A stretch of DNA of 64,000 nucleotides. Origin: Anthoceros angustus (lineage: Eukaryota; Plantae; Anthocerotophyta). Shown here one piece after another: positions 11,830-22,311 of this stretch. Made by a program: the position numbers and the translations under genes. Each line of letters starts with the position of its first letter. Position 1 is the first letter of the stretch. The DNA lies in NCBI GenBank assembly GCA_010909165.1, contig MU008193.1, positions 186,001 to 250,000 of the forward strand, read 5' to 3'. The notes below the pieces were generated by a model that saw only the letters and a program-made list of their open reading frames with translations, had not been told where the DNA came from and did no database searches.

Positions 11830-12480
11830 GGCCAACAACCTGCAGCAAACTGTATCTTCCTCCTTTGTATGCAGCCATCTGCACTGCTAGACCTATACCC
11901 ACAATCCATCGCAAGCAAAACAAATCGAACGCCTGCCCGAGCAGCTTGCTCTTGTAGGCTGCATTGATGCCCATGGTCTGTGAGTCTCCCACACTAAACC
12001 CCATGGCCGCTTCTCGCTCGTCCATAATAGGCTCACCAACTTCGTTACCTGCACGATCCATGACCATGCCATCACCAACTCGATAAGATTATGGTGTACT
12101 CACCAATGTTGGTCACGCCCTCCTTGGCTCTCCAACTCTGTTCACATAAAAAAAAGGAAGCTTGTCCATGTTCCTCACAAACTGTGCTTATCTTCCTTCA
12201 TTAGAATGCAAGATGTCCGTGACATATTAGCCTCGAGGCACTGTGAAGGCTCTGTGCTACTTCAGCACATTCAAGCTAGCAACGTTTGTCCAGAAGCTAT
12301 GGATCCTGTGAGCATAGGAGCCACACTGTATTGCATCAATAATCAGCTCCTGCCCAAACCAAAACTTTGAATCTTCTCGTAATCACTTCTCACAGATTAT
12401 CACTTAATAAACCCTACACACACATTTTGTAATATGTACCAGCACCTTGGGTTGACCTTTATTATTTCTCTTCTAGGAAA
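11830..12480 (-). pseudogene. DNMT3-like C5 cytosine DNA methyltransferase, C-terminal catalytic half (motifs VI-X), intronless and decayed
   Basis: Manual translation: NPRCWYILQNV (motif VI) .. ELIIDAIQCGSYAHRIHSFWTNV (motif VIII) .. RRA*PTLVS .. EPIMDEREAAMGF (IX) .. KLLGQAFDLFCLRWIV (X). Seven stops and one frameshift; motif order and spacing match DNMT3-type enzymes. Confidence 0.8.
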
Positions 12481-13011
12481 GGCAGCTTATGTTACAGTTG
12501 CAATTTTATGTTGTTGTTGCAATTTTATGATATACTTCCAAATTGAAACATGCTTTGGAGGCTTGGTATTAAGTTTATCCCTTCTTTCCCCATATGGTGC
12601 CACCATCTTAACACGAACCTGGCTCTCTCTCTTACCACCTCACCCTCATAAGTACACCCCTCTCTCACAAGCATTGTTTATGATTTCCCACATGCCATTG
12701 CAACATGACTGTAACAAGGAGCCCCCTCTCTCCCCTATCATCCTCCCCTCTTTATTACGCACCCTTTGGAGGACTATTTGTTTATGTTTCACCTTGCCCT
12801 CTTCATTGCACCCTCTCTTGACAACTATTTGTTTATATTGCCCACACTATAACATGGACCAGTAACTCTCACCTTTCCCTCCTACCTCATAACTTCACCA
12901 TTTCTTTATCAATATTTTTGCTTGACCATAGCTATTTATGGGTTGAAGCCTAATTTTTTTAGCCTTATGCCATACATAAATGTAGAAGATAGTTGTAGGT
13001 TATCTCTGTAC

Positions 13012-13052
13012 GTATATATCATATATATATACATATACATATATATGTATAT
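13012..13052. repeat. Imperfect (TA)n microsatellite
   Basis: TATATATCATATATATATACATATACATATATATGTATAT. Confidence 0.9.
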
Positions 13053-13329
13053 CGTAAATAAAGGATGTATAGACGTATTTGTGAATTGCAATCGTTATAT
13101 TTTATTTATTTCCATTCCACATAGACGTACATGGGGCACGTATACTATGTATCTATATGTGGTACACACGGTCGTGTACGTGTACCCGTGCATGTTTTCT
13201 ATGTATAAGCACGGCACGTAAATGAATACATCCCGTCCGTTTGCCTCCCCGATCATGTCCAGTTGCAAAATCGTGTGCTGATTAGGGAATTTGAACACGC
13301 AATCTTCTGGTTGTCGACTTCGGCCTCCC

Positions 13330-13584
13330 CCACAAGACCAATTCACCCTACACATTATGATTGGGTATTCTGGAAAATTAACACTGCAGAGGGACTGGGC
13401 ATGATAGGCGCAACCTTCCATTCCCGCTTCTACTTCAGTCAGGTTGTCATAGTGCCTAGTTTGTTCGGCATGATCCTGTTCACGACATTTCTGAAAGGAG
13501 TATAAGCCTGTATCATTGAAGGTTCGTTGGTATGAGTGTTGCCAAGTGAACAGCGTCTATTTAGAAAGGGGTTTCTCCTGTCAA
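13330..13584 (-). pseudogene. Possible heavily decayed Gypsy integrase C-terminus
   Basis: LTGETPF* (13584-13561) and GELVLW (13347-13330) in the same frame, 79 codons apart; the equivalent motifs in the integrase at ~9195-9430 have about the same spacing. Confidence 0.35.
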
Positions 13585-14131
13585 AAGGGGTTTTGGAAAA
13601 AATCCCAACCCTATTCATGAGCGAAGTTGGTTTGGTTTTTGTTGGTTTTTGTAGGTGTTCATCCATCGGTTTCGAGCATTCTCGGCTCCGGCACCACTTC
13701 CTGTCGAGTCATTTACACCACGCTAGCGCCTTATACTCGGGTTCATGGCGATTTAGTCGATGTGATGAAGGGCCAGTGACTTCATTGTTCCATAATTTCG
13801 TCATGTCCGTAGTTTCTGCATTTTGTGTGGTTTTGTATGTTTTGTATACGGGGGGGCGGCATAAGTGCGCTAAACAACATATGTGCAAACTTGTGCATGC
13901 AATGCAAAAGAACGAAAAATGATCTTCTAATGGGGAAGCATGTCCTTTTGGCGGTCGAGGATGTCTTAACTCCCAACAAAATAACAAGTAGTAGACATCC
14001 GGAGGTTCACCTAGACCACTCTTATATACCTATCCTATGCCCTAATGCGACGAAGAACACCCTATCCCTTTTATTCTTTACGGTGTTTAGTCTCTTTCGT
14101 GATGACCTAATCGGGTTATCATCAAACATGC

Positions 14132-14295
14132 TAGGGGCCGGTGGGTGAACAAGTGCATGCACCAGGCAAGGGGCCGGTGTGTGCAGTGCGCACTTGTGCG
14201 CGCACCAGGCAAGGGGCCGGTGTGCGCACCAGGCAAGGGGCCGGTGTGTGCACTTGTGCGCGCACTGTGGGGCAAGGGGCAGTGCGCGCCTGGTG
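14132..14295. repeat. GC-rich minisatellite, unit GCACCAGGCAAGGGGCCGGTGTG
   Basis: Three full copies (14159, 14202, 14226) plus partial copies; probably the subterminal part of an unidentified TE. Confidence 0.8.
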
Positions 14296-17117
14296 TCACA
14301 GGGAGGCCCAAGTGTGCACACAAGTGCACCCAAGGTCAAGAAGGGCCTCGGGAGCATGAACCCAAATGGTTCATGCCTCCTAGTGCATTCCACGTTCATC
14401 AAAGAAAAAGAGCAAAAGTCTAAAAACCCTAAAAACCCTAAAAATTACAAAAAGTCCAGTTTTTGAGGCAAGTGCGCACTTGCTCTAAAATTTTTGACAA
14501 TTTTTGAATTTTTTGTATTTTTGATATTTTGTTGTTTTAAAGGGTTCCTTTCGGCGTTTTCAACCTTTTTGTGCACCTCTAATGTGGATATGTTCTTATC
14601 TTTACTTAACCCTCATCTTTTTCTAGTGGTTAAAACTTTGAACTAGTAGTAAGAACCTTTTGCATCTTTTGAATCTTGAGGCGTTTGGCGTGGGCCCGAC
14701 TCAAGTGCGAGACCATGCCACTCTCATTCTCACTAGGCGTGGATCAAGAGCATCGAGGCCAAAGAAGATATTATTGTCCCAATGTCTAAAACAAAGTCTG
14801 TAAAATTCTCGGGCGAGAGTATAGTCATAGGATTGACTAGTATGAATGAAAGGTTGGTGCACAAACAAGTTTGCGCACTGAATTAGACAAGCCCTAAAAC
14901 TCTAAATGTTTGTATCGTCCAACACGCAATGATTGCGGATGTTGGAAGCTATTAGATGTAAGTCTTTCTTGTATTGTGTCATTTTGAAAAAAAAGCCGAG
15001 CGAGAATGGGACTTTAGGTTTTGCCACGTACTTGCAATCTACAATCTCAAATAACGTGTATCAAAACAATTATTCAAAAGGTTGCGGGTAACATGTTGCG
15101 AGAGAAATATCAAAAAGCCTGATTATAGTGCGGATTTTTTCAAGTGCAAAAAGGGGTCCGGCCAAGTCCGTGTGCAAAAAGGGGTTTTAGGAGAAAGCCC
15201 TTTCTAAACAGACGCTATTAGTGGAACCAGACCATCATTGCGGATGTCGTACACGAGATTCGACCTTGTGAACATGAAGAGGCATTGTGTTCATAGGGTG
15301 CGCTCCATTGATGGCCCATTTATGTGGCCATCGTGGATAATCTAGTGCATGCTACATCCGGAGACGATGGAGGATAACATAGGTTAGGCTGTTGTCATTT
15401 TGACACTGGCTCCGGGATGGAGGGTGTAGGAACTCATGGACGGTGGCACATAGTAGTGGTCGTAGTTGGGGTAGTGACATGTGTGAACTAGTGACGTGTT
15501 CGGGGAACTACGGAGTAGGGTGGGCTTAGGGGCCTATTTGTACATTATATTTAACGATGTTCAGTCACTAAATAGTATAATGTACACTAAATGCAGGCAA
15601 TGCACATTGGTTACGTTGTAACCAATGTCTCGTGGCTTGAAGTCAATGTCTCGTGGCTTGAACAAGGGAAGGCAGTGATTAGGGGAGGGGGGCAAGCAGT
15701 AATGATGGCAGGAATCGCTGCGCTAATTCCTTCCATTATTCACACTTACATGCATGCAAGCTATAGGTGGTTGCTACATTTCAAATTTCAGGCCTTCAAT
15801 GTTTATGGATAGGTTCAAATGCTGACCTCGTGAGGGAAGAAGGCAGCTGGTTTCCGTGCAAGGGAGGCAAAAAAACGTAAGAAAACATGGCACAACAAAA
15901 ACAGGGAAATAGTCTGAGACAGAGGTGGGCAAGGATCGTATGCAGCCGATAAACACACCACAATTGGGAGGTGTCTACGACGGCGCCGACGACAAGAGGC
16001 CATAATAAGGTGGGGAGGATGAGGAGGGTAGCTCGATTGGGCTATCCTCCTCATCCTCCTCATCATCCTCATCCACCTAGCCTTTGGTCGAGCCGTGAGG
16101 CTAGGGGAGTGTGAAGAGGCTATCGCCTCGCTAACAGGGTGGGGCCATCGCATGGCAGTCATAGGACAATGTGAATAATACCGTGGAGGATAGCGAGGGC
16201 AATGATATAGTTGTCCCAGCAACACCAGAAACCACCATGGTTGGGGCAGGAATGGGCAGTGGTCATGTTGCTTAAGGGAGGGACAGGGTGGATGTGTTGA
16301 GAGGGGCAAAAACGGGGACAACGAAAACAGCTTGGGGAGTGTGGCATCACGAGCAAGTGATAGGTATGTGTTATCTCTTAAAAGCAGGGGGCCAGGTACA
16401 TAGGCAGGGAATGGTAGTATCCATCAAAGTGCGAGATGTAATATATGTGTGCAATGAACATCAAGACAGGATTTGTCACAAATGCGAAAAGAGCGCTCAA
16501 GGGGAGCGTGGAGTGAGGACATGTGAGCCTAATGTAGTTGAAGAAATGAGGCTCTCATTGGGGGCTAGAGGACAAGAAAGGCAAGGTATAGAGATGAGGC
16601 ATCTGTCCAGGGGATTCGATAAGTAGGTACTTGTGTAAGGGTATTAAAGCCCAATGTACTTAGACTAATACGTTAGTCTAAGTTAGAATGTCGATAGTTT
16701 AGCTGAGCCAACTAGGAAGCTTCGCTACTGCTTCCTAGGGGCCCTCATCTCAATGAGAGAGATACATTTGCTTCCTCCTCTCCTCTCCTGTTTCCACCAT
16801 CATGGGCTGCCACACGATCCTTCAACTGGTATCAGAGCTATGGTCTGGTTGTGTTGTGATGCTAGAAGATTTTAGCCGCATCGGCAGCCGTGGAATTGCG
16901 GTGTGATCCATATCGCGGGCGGGTCGCCAACGCCGCGCTGCCGCGAAGCGGGGCGAGCGGGCAGCTAGCTCACTTAACGCGGCACCGCCAGTCAAGCATG
17001 CTAGCTCGCGAACGCGCAAGGCCGCGAGCTCGCGCAGTGCTGGAACGCAAGGCCGCGAAGCGGGGCGAGGCCGCGAGCTCGGCGCGATCAGTAAGCCGCC
17101 GGCGGCGGCCAAGAAGC

Positions 17118-17256
17118 CGCGCGCGCGCGCGCGCGCGCGCGCGCGCGCGCGCGAGGCCGTGGGCGGCGGGGTATGCGGGCGCGGCGAGCCGCCGAAGGCG
17201 GTGGCCGCTACGGGCGCGGCTGCCGCGCGCGCGCGCGCGCGCGCGCGCGCGCGCGC
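17118..17256. repeat. Two pure CG-dinucleotide tracts
   Basis: (CG)18 at 17118-17153 and (CG)16C at 17224-17256 in the Copia leader. Confidence 0.95.
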
Positions 17257-17774
17257 AGCCGCGGGCGCGGCAGCCGCAGACCGCGGCGCAGGTCATTACG
17301 GGCGCGAGCTCCGCAGGCAAGAGCGCCGCGGCGAGCGCTGGGCAAGAGCGCAGCGGGCGAGTACCGCGGGCGCCAAGAACCTCGCATCAAATAATCGCTG
17401 CCTAACGCCGGCGGCGAAAGGTAATATTCGCCAAATATTCGTGAATACTCGTGGAACAATTAACGTAATATACGGGCCGCGACGGTGGTGGGACCCGAAC
17501 GTAGGGACCTCAACGTTGGGATTCAAGGCTGCCGAGAGAAAATTAACCAATCAAAGACCACGACAAGTGAGCCACAGGCGGTGCATACGGGCGACGAAGA
17601 CAAGGCATAATTACCAGAACGGTAACTTGCAGTTTTTACATTACAAAAACAATTTTTTGACTTTTCTGACAAGGCGAGTCGAGTGTTTCATCTGTATCGA
17701 TTTTTGAATCATGATGTCTTCATCATCAGAAAACATCATGTTCAATATCGAGAAGTTAGATGGTACTAACTTCC

Positions 17775-20700
17775 TGTGGACAACGGACTCTCCTTGGGGT
17801 AAGGAAATAAGATGGGTTTGTTTTTTTCGCATGTATGGAGTGTAAAATAAGGCGAGAAGGGAGGAAAAAGCACGGACAATACCCCGGACGGTGCTCCGGA
17901 CTGCACTCCGGACTCCAGGGTAGGCAACCGACCTGGAAGCCCACTCCGGAGGACCTCCGGACTGCGCACCGGAGTATCGGATAAGTTCGGACCCCACTCC
18001 GAGTCAAAACGGGATAAGTACGCCAAGTAAGGTAACTTAGAAGTTGGGGCGTGAATTGAGATGCGGCGCCACGTGGATGGTCTTGAGTGGTAGAGCGGGC
18101 ATGCAGAGCCGTGACCGTAGCATTGCCGATGGCCGTTATGGCGGTATTCACGCCCGCACCGCGGCGGAGGCGGAAGCGTAAGGCGGAAGCGTAAGGCGAG
18201 TAAGCCGCGGACTCGGCGCTACGGACAGTCAAGAGCCGCCCCGCGCAACATTCCGGAGAGAAGCGAGGCGGAGGTCATTCTTCCAAACAACTTCGCGGCG
18301 AGTTTCGCATTCTCTCGCGCTCAGACACCCGGCTCTCTGGCGTTGTCTTTTTGATCGCTCCGGCATCCTTAGGCGCAGTTCGACTTGGCGAGTGAAGCAA
18401 CTGACACCGCGACTGAGGAGCGGAAGATTGTGGAGCTTCACGCCTCAGCAGCGGGACAGAAGGAGTGCGAAGATGGGACCCAAGAAAGCGGCGGAGGCGT
18501 GGGAGCCATGGCGCTTGGTGGAGCGCAACATCGTCACCAAGCGCTACCCGGACTTCGGTCCGTGGCTGGAGGAGGCGGGGGAGCGGTGAAGGAATGGCAC
18601 CTGGACATTTTCCAGGCTGTCTGACCTTCGACAAGCCGCTTTAGTCCGGAGTACGCCGAAAATGTTGGCGCGCCAACAAGGAGGTCCGTCCAAGAACCTG
18701 GAGGACCCTAGGAGGTGGACTGGAGGTCCGAGGGCGTTTACAACCGCCAAGAAGAGATTGGGGCGAGTTCCGAGCCCTCAAGGCAAGAGGAAAGATAGAG
18801 GCAAAGGGCGGTTGCCGGGACGCAACGAACAACCAACGGTCTCGATGTCGGATTTGGGGCCGGATGAGGGTGAGAGCAAAGGCTGTGATCATTGTCCATC
18901 GAACATGCTCACCAAGGTAGATCACCTTGGTGACAATGTAATCGGTGTTCCCGCATGCCCGCAGAGGGAAAGAGGCATCGGGAAGGATCATCTTCGCTGT
19001 GGTTAATCGTGAAGCTCGCAGTCGAGGTGCAGAAGCCCTCCAAGATTATCGCTGCTTTTGATTCATGTGGGCACACGAACCTCCCAAGGAGGGTGAAGAG
19101 GAACCAGCACTTAGCACGGGCCGCCCTACCGAGGCAGAGGGAAGAGCGCAGGAGGCAGAGGGGCCCCCGGAGTAAGAGGGTCCGGAGGAGGACGATCGAG
19201 GGAATTCTGCATACTCGAGCGGACCTCGCCACCTGTAGGAAGTGTGGGAGGACATCCCCGCTTCTCCTCCTCGTGCCCCCACCGAGCAATACAGGAGAGG
19301 CGCCAACAGACGGAGTTGGCGCCCAAACCACCCCACGATAACGACGGCCGAGCTCACTTCACGACTGGGAACCAAGAGGCGGAAGACGGTCAATCAACGC
19401 AGCACCAGATGCAGCAAGCCCTTGCCCGCCCAACTGAGTGGCAAGAAGTGAGGAGGTCAGGCGGCGGGCTGAGGGACGCGCCCAAGGAGCGGAGGCCAGG
19501 CCAGCCTCCTCACCCGAGCCCGGGTCTCCAACGGGAGAGGGAAAAGGGCCAGCCTGACCCTTCACCCCAAGCCCTGTAAGGAGAAGGCGGAGAAGGAGTT
19601 AGCGCCAAGAGGGCCAAGGAGAGGCCGGACTCAGCCAGACCTAAGGGTCCCGATTAGGTCCGGAGAGCCCCCCGACTCGCCCGGATCGCAGATGGTCCTT
19701 GACGGATCAGAGATGCCCGCGCCCACAGGACTTTTTGGCATCTCTCAACAAGCGCCGTGGAAGAAACGCGCGAGTTTTAGCTACCATCATGGACGGATGC
19801 TTTGGGGCCTCTGCGGCCGGAGAAGACCCAAGAAGTGGAGGCCACCAGGAGGATGGTGGAGCTTCAAGGGCGTGTAGGCGGCCCAGAGGCGAAGAAGAAG
19901 GCGAGTCCCTCGCCCAATCGAAGGGAAACGCCGGAGGCGGAGCGAGGTCTCGTCAAGAAGACTTACTAGGTCCCAACCAAAACCGAGGCATGCAGGAGGC
20001 CCAAGCACGGTCAAGACCTCGCAGACGGGCGGGGAGCAGCAGAGGCGGAGAGGGCTCGCGACTGGCCGAGGCGCCCCCGACCAACATCGACCGCCGAGGC
20101 TCGTGTGAAGGCGGGAGGCGGAAGCCGCTGGCGAAGGTCGGATCGATCACCGACGTGATCGAACCGGTGGAGGGAGACGGGCCGGGGTAGCCGAGGCTAA
20201 CTCCAACAGAGTGCTGAGCAAGCACTCACGAGCCGTGAGGAGGAACCGAGGTCAAGACTCGGGAAATAGGGACCTGTGGTGCACTGCAGGAGGCGTAAGA
20301 GCGGGCGTAGGAGCTAGAGGCGCAAGGATACCGGAGTCAAGAACTCCAAGACGACGGAAAAGCAGGGATTCTCAACGAGAGAATCCAAGACTTCGAGCGG
20401 AGATAGAGCGCCCAGCCGCTGAAGACGGAGGAGAATAGGCGGCGACCAAGGAGTTCGACACGCATGAGGTCAAGGTGAGCTGGAGGAAGCTGTGAGTTTG
20501 ACGGATAACGCCCGCCTGGAGAAGGAAGTGGCGGACTCCGGAAAGGATGAACGGAGGAAGAGAGCGAGGAGGAGGAGGCGCGTCCGCTAAGGAAGGAGGG
20601 GAGCTCATCATGGCCATGCAAACCGGGCGGAGCTAGAACGACGGAGGAGGAGGAGCGCCGAAAGCAAAGAAAGGCCGCAGGAGGTGTGAGGCCGCCTGGC

Positions 20701-22311
20701 ATCAAGGGAGGCTGCCCGGCCACTGGCAAGCTCGGCGGTGGAGACGGGCCAGGCCGACAACACGCCACGGGAGCACCTATGGAGGAGGAGTACCGGGTGC
20801 CCGGCCCATGTGGAGGAGGCAATTCAACAAGTCGATTCCGACTTTGCCTACTACCACGCAGAGCTTCTCAAGGCTCTAGAGGTCTTGAGCCACCCTCGGC
20901 AGGAGGGCGGGCTTCCAAGAGCTCAAGGAGGAGCGAGGAGGAAGGCCCCGGAGACAAGACCAGTGGACCCTAGGAGCGCTGCTTGACTACAGCAAAGAAG
21001 CGCGAGGGAGCAGCCGAAGAGCGGGCGAAGGAAGGTCACCGCGCCGAGGGAAGCACCTCACGGAGAAGGGGAGGAGGGCCCGAAGGGCCAAGAAGAGGCG
21101 ACCGGGCAACCCGGAAGAGCGGGGGCCTGGGCGAACCTTGAGAAGTCCAGAGAGGGGAAACCCGGTGCAGTCCGGACTTTGTCCGGACTGAAGAACGGCT
21201 GGACCCTCGAGGTCCGCCTCAAGAGAGTCCGGACTGAGGTCCAGACTCTAGTGACAAGACCGACCTCGTGTCCAGCGCCAGAGGGAGGGCCAGTCCAGGA
21301 GATCGGACCCCACAAAGTAGTCCGGACCTCGAGGTCCTGGACTAAAGAAGACCGACCTAGTTGTTCGAGTCGACCGATCCCGAGGTCGGACTCGAGGCGG
21401 GGAGGCGAGGAGGAGCCTCCCGACTCACGCAGGGGGAGCAACCTCAGATTCACCGGAGAGGACCCACTAGGGGCCGTGGAGGAAGACGCCGTGGTGACCA
21501 CGGCCATCGACCGCCGGTGAGCCCAACCTCGCTGTGATTCCGGAAGGGGAGGGTCCGCGCGAATCATCCGACTGGTGCGCCGCAACCGCGAGCGGGATTG
21601 GCCAAGACGGACCAAGGGCATTCTTGTCCCATGCAAGATGGGAGGAAGGGGAGTGATGGTAGGCGATTAGGTATACCGAAATGGCCACTGCATTAGGGTG
21701 AAATAAAGACGCACTTGGGCGTAGTATAAGAGGTGAGGCTACCTAGTAAAGTATCTTTCTTGGTGTTGATACCGCCTTCTTGTAGGCCTTTGCGCCTTGC
21801 TAAGCGTGAGTCCCGAGTCAGCAGCCCGGCGCCCTGGAGAGATCGATCAAGGTCCCGGTGATTGACCCTAACGTGGTGGTGGTGTGTGATGGTGAAGACG
21901 TTTTGCCCCGAGCACCCGCGGACGGACCGAACGCAGTGAGCCAGAGGAACTCCGAGGGCGGTAGAGCCCGGACGGTGAGGCCCCGGCAGAGCCGGAGGAG
22001 GTTCGGACAGACCCACCATGATTTTCCTAAGGATGATGAGTGTAGTGAGAGCGTGAGAGGAACGGACTAGAGGGACGAGTGGCGAACTTGAACGACAGAC
22101 ACGACGCGAACGGGTCCTTAAACGCTACACCGGGCCTCGGTTTTGAATGAATGTTGTGGGTAGTTAGGCATAAAGCGATGAATGTGTGTGTTGAGACTGG
22201 ACGGCTACTAAGTGAGGAGATAAACGATTGAAACGTAAACGGAGCCTATCATTCTCTTGGAGTGGACCCCTTTACTCAACGATCGGATTGCACCATCAAA
22301 GTTGCGCTACA
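17775..22311. mobile_element. Nested 4.5-kb TG..CA unit, probable solo LTR of a Gypsy-type family
   Basis: Starts TGTGGACAAC and ends GTTGCGCTACA; TSD CTTCC at 17770-17774 and 22312-22316 splits Copia gag; no internal terminal direct repeats, PBS or pol seen. Confidence 0.8.
18473..20990 (+). pseudogene. Long frameshifted ORF inside the solo-LTR-like unit (globular N-terminus, low-complexity middle, coiled-coil C-terminus)
   Basis: MGPKK..WEPW..VERNIVTKRYPDFGPWLEEA..VKEWHLDIFQ is conserved in the second copy (53.2-53.4 kb, minus strand) mainly through synonymous changes. Confidence 0.7.

Noticed and set aside
12714-12725. GAPC as catalytic motif IV of the methyltransferase
   Set aside because: About 90 codons from motif VI instead of roughly 40, with no supporting flanking residues.
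16822-17707. ORFs with ARARAR runs
   Set aside because: Translation of the CG tracts in a GC-rich leader with few stops.
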